Below, one piece after another: positions 54,101-64,000 of a DNA stretch of 64,000 bases (positions are counted from its first letter, which is position 1; each line of letters opens with the position of its first letter). The notes under the pieces are model-generated. The model was not told the origin of the DNA and did no database searches. It saw only the letters and a program-made list of their open reading frames with translations. The translations under genes were made by a program, and so were the position numbers. This DNA is from the human T2T-CHM13v2.0 reference genome, Homo sapiens: the NCBI RefSeq assembly GCF_009914755.1, contig NC_060928.1. The stretch is one strand, 5' to 3'.

Positions 54101-57100
54101 GGACCTAAGAGAAATCTACAGAACACTCCATTCAACAACCACAGAAAATTCATTCTTCTCATCTGCACATGGGATCCAGATAAAGCATGTTAACAGGAAA
54201 GTTTATAGCCCTAAACACTTGTATCAAGAAGTAAGTTAGAAAGATTTCAAATTAACTATCAACATTTTGTCCTAAAGTAACTAGGAAAAAAATGAACAAA
54301 CAAATCCCAAAGCTAGCAGAAGAAAACAAACAACTAAAATTAGAGAGGAGCTTAATGAAATTAAGATGCAAAAATCCATACAAAAGATCAGTGAAACCAA
54401 GAGTTGGTTTCTTGAAAAAATAAACAAGATCAATAAACTGCTAGCCAGATTAACAAATAAAAAAGAGAAGATACAAATAAGTACTCTCAAAAATTACAAA
54501 GATGACATTACCACTCATCCTACAGAAATACAAAATATACAAAAGATCTTCAGAGAATACTATGAACAACTCTGTGCACACATATTAGAAAATATAGAGG
54601 AAATGGATAAATCCAGGAAACACACAATATCTCAAGATTTAATCAGGAAGAGATTAAAACTCTGAATAGACCAATATTGAACTCTGCAATTGAATCAGTA
54701 GTAAAAAACCTACCAACTAAAAAAAAGCCCTGGACCAGAAGGATTCACAGCCAAATTCTACCAAATGTACAAAGAAAAACTAGTACCAGTCCTACTAAAA
54801 CTATTCCAAAAAGTTGAGGAGGAGGGATTCCTCTCTAATTCATTCTATGAAGCCAGCATCAGCCTAATACCAAATCTAACAAATCTGAAAGAGACATGAC
54901 AAAGAAAGAAAACATCAGGCTAATATCCCTGATTAACGTTGACACAAAAATCTCAACAAAATACTAGCAAACCAAATCTAGTACCACATCAAAATATTAA
55001 TTCACTAAAATCAAGTAAGCTGTATTCTTGGCATGCAAGGTTGGTTCAACATACAGAAATCAATAAATGTGATTCACCACATAAACAGAATTAAAAACAA
55101 AAACCATATGATCATCTCAAGAGATGCAGAAAAAGCTTTTGATAAAATCCAACATCATTTCATGATAAAAACCCTCAACAGCTTAGGCACTGAAGGAACA
55201 TACCTCCAAATAATAAGAGCAATGTATGACAAACCCACAGCCAGTATCATACTGAAAGGATGAAAGCTGGAAGCATTCCTCTTGAGAAACTGAACAAGAC
55301 AAAGATGCCCATTCTCACCATTCCTCTTCAATATAGTACTGGGGGTGCTGGGCAGAGCAATCAGGAAGAGAAAGAAATAAAGGCATCCAAATAGGAAAAG
55401 AAGAAGTCAAACTATGTCTCTTCATAGATGATATGATTCCATACCTTGAAAACACTAAAGACCCCACCTAAAGGTGACTAAAACTGATAAATGACTTTAG
55501 TGAGGTTTCACAATACAAAATCCATTTACAAAAATCAGTTGCATTTCTGTACACCAATAACATCAAGGCTGAGAATCAAATCAAGGACACAATCCCATTC
55601 ACAATGGCCACAAAGAAAATGAAATACCTAGGTATATAGCTAAGTAAGGAGGTGAAAGATCTCTGCCAGGGAAACTACAAAACATTGCTGAAAGAAATTA
55701 GAGATGATACAAATAAATGGAAAATTGGAAGAATTGATATCATAAAAATGATTATACTGCCCAAAGCAATTTACAGACTCAGTACCATTCCTATTAAATC
55801 ACCAACATCATTCTTCACAGAGTTAGAAAAAAAAAAAACTATTCTAAAATTATTTCAAATTATTTTGGAACCAAAAAAGCCTAAATAGCCAAAGAAATTC
55901 TAAGCAAAAAGAACAATGCCAGGGGCATCAAACTACCTGAATTCAAAGTATAGTATAAGGCTACAGTAATCAAAACAGCATAGTACTGGTACATAAACAG
56001 ACATATGGAACAAAATAGAAAACTCAGAAATACAACCGCACACCTATAACCATCTGATCTTCTACAAGACCAACAAAAAAAAGGAATGGGGAAAGGACTC
56101 CCTATTCAAAAAATGGTCCTGGGAAAATTTATTAGGCATATGCAGAAGAATATAACCAGACACTTACTTTTCACCATATACAAAAATTAACCAAGAAAGA
56201 TTAAATATTTAAATGTAAGACCTCAAACTATACAAATTCTAAAAGAAAACCTAGGAAATACCCTTCTTGACATTGGCTTTGGCAAAGAATTTTTGGCTAA
56301 GTCCCTAAAAACAATTACAACAAAAATGAAAATTGACAAGTGGGGCCTAATTAAACTAAAGAGCTTCTGCACAGCAAAAGAAACCATCAACAGAGTAAAC
56401 AGTCAACCTACACAATGGAAGAAAATATTTGAAACTATGCATCCAACAGAGGTCTAGTATCCAGAATCTATAAGGAATTTAAACAAATCAACAAGCAAAA
56501 AGCAAATAACCGCATTTTAACAATGGGCAAAGGACATGAACAGACACTTGTCAAAAGATAACATACACAAGCAGCCAAGAAACATATAAAAAATACTCAT
56601 TGTCACTAATCATTAGAAAGATGCAAGTCAAAACCACAATGAGATATCATCTTATACCAGTCAGAATGGCTATTATTTAAAAGTCAAAAAACAACAGATG
56701 TTGGTGAGACTGCAGAGAAAGGGAAATGCTTATACATGATTGGGGGATATGCAAACTAGTTCAGTCACTGTGGAAAGCTGTTTGTAGATTTCTTGAAGAA
56801 CTTAAAACAGAACTACCATGGGACCTAGTAATCCCATTACTGGGTGTATACCCAAAGGAAAATAGATCATTATATCAAAAAGACACATGTACTCATGTTC
56901 ATTGCACACTACTCACAATAGGAAAGACATGGACTCAACCTAGGTACCTATCAATGGTGGACTGAATTTAAAAAAACATGATACATCTATGCCTTAGAAT
57001 ACTGCACAGCCATAAAAAAGAATGAAATCATGTCCTTTGCAGCAACAAAGAGGGAGCCGCAATCCTAAGTGAATTTATGCAGGAACAGAAAACCAAATAC

Positions 57101-57315
57101 TTTATGTTCTCACTCATAAGTAGGACCTACACATTGAGCATACATGGATAAACATGGGAACAATAGACCCTGTGGACTATTAAAAGGGGATGTGTTGAAA
57201 AGCTACCTATTGGGTACTATACTTAGTACCTAGGTGCAATATACCCATGTAACAATCCTGCACACGTACCCCTTGTATCAAAAGTAAAAGCTGAAATTTT
57301 TAAAAAGAAAGAAAT
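51145..57315 (+). mobile_element. Near full-length L1 (L1PA15/16-like), disrupted ORFs, internal deletion at ~54170
   Basis: GC-rich 5'UTR 51145-52500; ORF1 53025..53231; EN 54003..; RT 55033..55263 (MQGWFNI); 3'UTR ctacctattgggtactat, A-rich tail ~57300. Confidence 0.92.
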
Positions 57316-57949
57316 ATAATGTGGATTGGTTAAAACAAAACTTCTGAGATATAAATGACTAAGTTGTAGTTTCTTGTCACTAGGACCCATTACTGATGAA
57401 ACCATTCACGTATTTTCGTCGCCTGTTCTTAACATAGGAAAATAAACATGAAAGAGAGATGAGTTTTCTATCATCTTTATCTCCAAATCTCAGATTACTC
57501 TAGTCACTGGTTGGAGATGGAAGGAGAGAACCCACCTCCAAGTAGCTAAAGACAAAAAAAAAGGAAAACATTGATGTTATTTTAGCATAAAATATAGTCA
57601 GTAAAATCTTCAATGGAGAAAAATCAACCAAACCAAAATCTTTGTTTGAGAAAATATAAAACCAAACCAAACTGAAAAATTCTGGAAAGAAAAATTCCCA
57701 AGTATCCCCCATAAGGCATTGCATCATTTATTATCACTTAATATACTAGGTGATGCAAGGCCAGCTCTACAGTAGCTGAATCATTCTCCTAATGAAGGGT
57801 TTTCTTATATTTCCAAGGCATGGAACACATAGAAATTAATAAATCTGGAAAGAGTAGTAAATACTTACTGTGCACACAAATGACCTGCAAGGGTTCAAGA
57901 AACCCCAAGGCCAATGAAGTGTGCATTTCAAAACCATTCTCTCTAGAAA

Positions 57950-58172
57950 AGTGGTCAGCAAACATTTTTTGTAAAGGAACAGTTAATATTTTATTTAAGT
58001 TTGTTCTAAATCGCTCTCTGTCTCAAATATTCAACTTCAATGTTTTAGCATGAAAGCAGCTATATATATAAATACACAGATAAGTGGCCATGGTTGTGTT
58101 CAATAAAACTTTGTTTATAAAAACAGGAAGTGCTAGGGCTTGGTCCACTGGCTATTGTTTGCCAACAGTCTC
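57950..58172. mobile_element. MER58A (hAT-Charlie)
   Basis: ggtcagcaaacattttttgtaaagg...ggttgtgttcaataaaacttt..gtttgccaac with inverted ends. Confidence 0.8.
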
Positions 58173-58394
58173 TAGAATAATGAAATGGTAACTGAGTGAA
58201 TAGGCTCTGGACCTCATCATCCCCAATACGCCACACATACACACACACACATACACATACTTCAACCAAGGAAAATCTATATTTATCTCTTTTACATATT
58301 TAATTTCCATGTGAGGTTTTGTTTGAGAATAGTTAGTTCTATTACACAATTGAAAAACAAATAAATAAAGCTATGAAAACCACTTTGGTAAACA

Positions 58395-58500
58395 TTTATT
58401 ATAAAATATATGTGTTTTATATAGATATATACGTATATAAACATATATACATATATAAACACATAATTATAAAATATATGTGTTTATTATAATAGTATTA
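58395..58500. repeat. AT-rich (TA)n-like low-complexity tract with 20-bp direct repeat
   Basis: attataaaatatatgtgttt occurs twice, flanking TA/CA repeats. Confidence 0.85.
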
Positions 58501-58666
58501 TTCAACTAAATTCTACTATGTTTTTCAAAATATAAGTCAAGATTCAAGATAGAAATGTGCTTGAAAAGAAGTTTCAGCGCTTTTATTTACCTGTTTAAAC
58601 AACTGATGAATTTAGAAACAAACTTTCATGGGGTACCTGAATATGGGGAAAGTTTCTGAAAATTTA

Positions 58667-61600
58667 GGGTGGGAGAGATGCCATCAAGATGGCTGACTAA
58701 AGGCACCCAACATTTGTCTCCCCCACAAAGAAGGACCAAAACAACAAGAAGATAACAATACATTGAATAGAGTGCCAAAGGAGAATGCTAGAATTCAGCA
58801 GGAAAGTGACAGGAACCCTCTGACATATAAAAACTCAAAATGACAGTATAAAGAGGAAAGAAAAGCCAGGGCAAGGATTGGCTCAGAGCCAGGAGTGACT
58901 CTCTAGTGCAAGGAAAAGAAAAGCAAGAGATCCCCAACAGTTCACATTTCCACCACCAATGCCTGCAATATTAGCTACAGGACAACACCTCAGCCCTCAC
59001 TTGCCCTAAGCTGGTACAGGGAACTTCTTACAGTCTACACCACTACATTGTCTCAGAAAGAGAATTCATTCTACGTCCCACCCACATCCTCTGAGACCCA
59101 AGAAGCTGTATAATGACACCATTTTGAGGTCTGAGCCAACAACAGACTACTTTCTGCTCTGGGGTCCAACAGCTCCTGCATTCCCCCACAATCCTGGTGG
59201 GCCATGATGACATCCCCCCTCAACATCCGTTCAGAGGGCTTCAGTGTTGTGTTATGTACTAAACCCAGCAGTGTGACTGTATCCCTAGCATCTGAACCCA
59301 CACAGCTCCCTACACCCCAGGGAGCAAATGGTCCAGTACCCCAGGGAGGCTGCCACAGGGAATAGGTAAGCATGAAATCCCCAGAACCTGAACATAACCT
59401 GACTGGGGCCACTGCCACTGATACTGACCCTGCCGCCTCCAGCAACAAGGCCACCACACACCCATGCATGCCACCCAGGGGTATAAAACCCATCCCATCC
59501 AAGCCATTGACACCACCACAGGAACCCACATAAACCACCCAGAGTCCCATGGACCAGTGCACTCAGCCCATTGTCATCACTCAGCCCATTGTCAATGGCA
59601 CCTGTCCATATCACCCAAGAGCCCAAAAAGGGGTCCACATGGCCCACTGCTACCACTACAACCATATGGCCCAGCTGGAGCCCCTGGACACATCTGCCCA
59701 AGGCCTGCTGCTGCTACCACCAATGCCTGCATGCATTTCCCGGGAACCTGAAGACTGTGCATTTGGGGCTTCTGCCACCACTGCACATGCCTATATACAA
59801 CAAGAAGTGGCTTAGGGATCTCATCCAGGGCCCACGACCACCACAGCCAGTACCCAACCATGCCACCCAGGGGCCTAAGGTCTGGCCCACCCAGTGATCC
59901 ATTCCCCAGCAGATCCTCACCACAGCCTCCAGAAACAATTGCAACCTAACTCACTGAGGAACTTCCAGAAACCGATGACATTGATTACAGTAGAAAAAAA
60001 ATAATAACACAGAGACTACACTGCAGGACCCATCCAGAACCAAAGCCAAAATACCCTACCCAACTGACACTATAGATACATCTACAGGAAAAGATGTTTC
60101 CCTATAAAAGCTACTCTTTAAAAATGAAATCGGTGATCATTAAAAAGTCAGGAAACAACAGATGCTGGAGAGGATGTGGAGAAACAGGAACACTTTTACA
60201 CTGTTGGTGGGAGTGTAAATTAGTTCAACCACTGTGGAAAACAGTGTGGTAATTCCTAAAAGATCTAGAACTAGAAATACCATTTGACCCAGCAATCCCA
60301 TTGCTGGGTATCTACCCAAAGGATTATAAATCATTCTACTAAAAAAACATACATGCACATGTATGTTTATTGTGCCACTGTTCACAATAGCAAAGACTTG
60401 GAACCAACCCAAATGCTCATCAATGATAGACTGGATAAAGAAAATGTGGCACAAATACACCATGGAATACTATGCAGCCATAAAAAAGAATGAGTTCATG
60501 TCCTTTGCAGGGACATGGATGAAGCTGGAAGCCATCATTCTCAGCAAACTAACACAAGAACAGAAAACCAAACACCACATGTTCTCACTCACAAGTGGGA
60601 GTTGAACAATGAAAACACGTAGACACAGGGAGGGAAACATCACACACCAGGGCCTGTCAGGGGGTGGGGGACTAGGGGAGGGATAGCATTAGGAGGAATA
60701 CCTAATGTAGGTGACGGGTTGATGGGTGCAGCAATCCACCATGGCACGTGTATACCTATGTAACAAACCTGAACGTTCCATACATGTACCCCAGAACGTA
60801 AAGTATAATTTTTAAAAAAATGTAATCAGTGACTGTTACACCAGATGTGTATATATTGACATGAAAACACAAGAAACATGAAAAAGTAAGGAAACACAAC
60901 ACCCCAATGGGACACAATAATTCTTCAGTAAAAGATCCTAAATAACAGGAAATCTATGCAATGCCTAAAAAGAATTCAAAATAATAATCTTAGGAAATCT
61001 CAGCGAGATACAAGATAATACAGATACATAATATGAAGAAATTAGAAAAACAAATCATGATCTGAATGAGAAATTTAACAACAAGATAAATATCATAAAA
61101 AAGAACCAAACACAAATTCTGGAACTGAAGAAAACAATGAATGACATAAAAATATAATTGCAAGCTTCAACAATATAATAGATCAAGCAGAACAAATAAT
61201 TTCTGAACTTGAAGACAAGTCTTTTGAAATAACTCAGTCAGACAAAGAAAAAAATAACTTAAAAGAATGAAAATTCAGTGTGACATATGGGGCACCATCA
61301 GGAAAACAAATATTTGAATTTTGGGAATCCAGCAGAAGAGATGAGAAAAGACATGGAAAACCTATTTAGTAAAATAATAGCTGAAAACGTCCCAAGTCTT
61401 GTAAGACATATAGACATTTAGATACAGAAAGCTCAAAGGTCTTTAAACAGATTCAACCCAAAAAGGTCCTCTCTGAGGCACATTATAGGAAAACTGTCAC
61501 AAGTCAAAGACAAAGACAGAATTCTAAAAACAGCAAAAGAAATATCACCAAGTCACATATGAGGGAATCTCCATCAGACTAACAGCAGATTTCTTATTAG

Positions 61601-64000
61601 AAACTTTACATACCAGGAGAGAAGGAGATAATATATTCAAAGTGCTGAAAAAATAATTGTGAGCCAAAAATACTATATCCAGCAGAGCTGTCCCACAGAA
61701 ATGAAGGAGAAATAAAGTGTTTCCCAGATAGGCCAAAACTGAGAGAATTCATCACAACTAGACTAGTACTACAAGAAATACTTAAAGGAGTTCTACCTCT
61801 GGAAGCAAAAGGACAATCAACCATCTATCATCACTAAAACACACAAAAGTATAAAACTTACTGATAGGGCAGATGCACAAATAAGAAATAAAAAAGAATC
61901 AAACATTATTAGCACAGAAAACCACCAAATTGCAAAGATTGTAAGTGAGGAGGAAAGGAAAAAATTATATGCAAGACAACCAGAAACCATCTAACAAAAT
62001 AGCAGGACTAATTCCTCACACAAAATGACAACCTTGAAGGTAAATGATTTGAATTCCCCAATTAAAAGGTATAGACTGACTGAATGAATTAAAAAAAAGA
62101 AAAAAAAAAAAACAAGATCCATCTGTCTGCTACCTACAAGAAACTCATTTGATCTGTAGATAAACAAACTGAAAGGGAAAGGATGGAAAATGATATTCCA
62201 TGTGAAAAAAAAACACAAAAGTATGAAGAAAAGCAAGCATATATCACATAAAATAGACTTTAAGTCAAAAACATAAAAAGAAACAAAGAAAGCCATTCTA
62301 TGATAAAGAGATCTATTCAGCAAGATGATAAAACAATAGCAAATATATATGCACCCAATACTGCCCAAATATCAAATATTATTAGAGCTTAAGAATGAGA
62401 TAAACTCCAGTACGATAATAGCTGAGGCCTTCAATATCTCATTTTCAGCATTGAACAGATCACCTAGAGAAAAAAACAACAAAGAAACATTGGACTCAAA
62501 CTGTGCTATAGACCAAATGGACCTAACAGCCATTTACAAAAAATTTCATCCAACAGCTGCAGAATACACATACTTTGCATCAGTACATGGAACATTCTCC
62601 AGGATATGTTATCCCACAAAACAAATTTCAACAAATACAAAATTTGAAATCACATCAAGTATTTTCTCAGACCACAGTGGAATAAAACTAGAAATCAATA
62701 ACAAAAGGAACACTGGAAACCATACAAATACATAAAAATTAAACAATATGCTCCTGAATGATCTTTGGATCAATGAAGAAAAAAACATTTTGGAACAGAC
62801 AAAAATGGAAACAGCTCATACCAAAAGCTATGGAATTAAAAACATTACTAACAGGGAAGTTTATAGTAATAAATGCCCACATCAAAAAAGTAGAAACATT
62901 TCAAATAAACAACCTAATGATGCACTGTACCTCAAAAAACTGGAACAATAAGAACTCAAACCCCAAATTAGTAGAGGAAAATAAATAATAAAGACCAGCA
63001 CAAAACTAAGCAGAACAGAGACTTTAAAAACAGCACAAAAGGTCAATGAAATGAAAAGTTGGTTTCTTGAAAAGATAAACACAATCAACAAATCATTAAT
63101 GAAACTCAGAAAAAAAAGAGAGGAGACCCAAATAAATAAAATCAGAAACAAAAAAGGAAACTTTATAACTGATAGTAGAGAAACACAAAGGATCATTGAG
63201 ACTATTATGAACAACTATACACCAACCAAGTAGAAAACCTGAGAAAATGGATAAATTCCTTGACACACATAACCTACCAAGATTGAACCAGGGAGAAATA
63301 TAAAACATGAATGGACCAATAATGAATAATGAGATTGAATTAGTTATAATAAATCCTCCAGCAAAAGAAAGCCCATGATCAGATGACATTACTGTGAAAT
63401 TCTAACAAATTTTTAATGGTGAACTAATACCAATTCTCCTCAAACTATTCCAAAAAATTGAAGATAAAGGAATTCTTACTAACTCATCCTATGAGGCCAG
63501 CATTACCCTGATAAAAAAATCAGACAAAAACACAATAAAAAAAGAAAACAGAACAATATCCCTCATGAATATAGTTTCAAAGCTCTTCAATAGATACTAG
63601 CAAGCCAAATCCAACAGCACATCAAAAACATAATACACCCAATCAAGTGAGATTTATCCCAGTAATGCAAGGATAGTTCAACATATGCAAATCAGTAAAT
63701 GTGATACATTACATTAATGGAATGGAAATAAACCATATAATCATCTTAATAAATGAAGAAAAAGCACTTGATAAAATTCAACATGCTTTCATGATAAAAA
63801 CTCTCAACAAATTAAGCATAGAAGAAATACACCTCAACACAATAAAGACCATATATGACAAACCCAGAAATAACATCATACCGAATGGGGAAAAGCTGAA
63901 AGACTCTTCTCTAAGAACTGGAACAAAACAAGGGATGTCCACTTTCACCACTTTTATTCAACAGAATACTGGAAGTTTTAACCAAAGCAATTAGGCAAGA
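58667..64000 (+). mobile_element. Old L1 (L1MA/L1M-type) from 5'UTR through ORF1, EN and into RT; runs off the window
   Basis: caagatggctgacta 5' end; ORF1 remnant ~60880-61800; EN 62349..62735 (SDHSGIKLEIN); RT 63701..63994. Confidence 0.9.
60137..60816 (+). mobile_element. 5'-truncated L1PA (PA7/8-like) 3' fragment nested in the older L1
   Basis: ORF2 C-terminus 60363..60605 and 3'UTR; TSD aaaatgaaatcggtga (60121-60136) / aaaatgtaatcagtga (60817-60832). Confidence 0.93.

Noticed and set aside
59560-59594. 18-bp tandem duplication cactcagcccattgtca
   Set aside because: Real but trivial slippage inside an old L1 5'UTR
59071-59944. Cluster of overlapping ORFs on both strands
   Set aside because: GC-rich L1 5'UTR with few stop codons; no recognisable protein. 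Same applies to 29484-30192 and 51240-52455

Overview
Primate (very likely human or great ape) nuclear DNA, AT-rich and mostly interspersed repeats: L1PA/L1PB/L1M LINE-1s, AluJ/S/Y, MIR, L2, MaLR and ERV1 LTRs, Tigger1 and hAT MERs. No intact protein-coding gene is supported, and the long ORFs in the track are decayed L1 ORF1/ORF2 pieces or Alu read-throughs. The one recognisable gene-derived feature is a disabled, intronless (processed) ARMC1 pseudogene on the minus strand (CDS 10960-11803). Its 3'UTR hosts an unusual 2.07-kb L1PA with an intact 5' end, poly(A) tail and TSD but two large microhomology-bounded internal deletions that leave an almost continuous RT + C-terminal reading frame. 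Other oddities: an inverted Alu pair, one member of which has its B-box region replaced by a hairpin-like insertion; further internally deleted L1s; and two candidate minus-strand exons. I see no evidence of a new multi-gene system. Subfamily names come from recalled consensus sequences, not a RepeatMasker run, and boundaries of old repeats are approximate.
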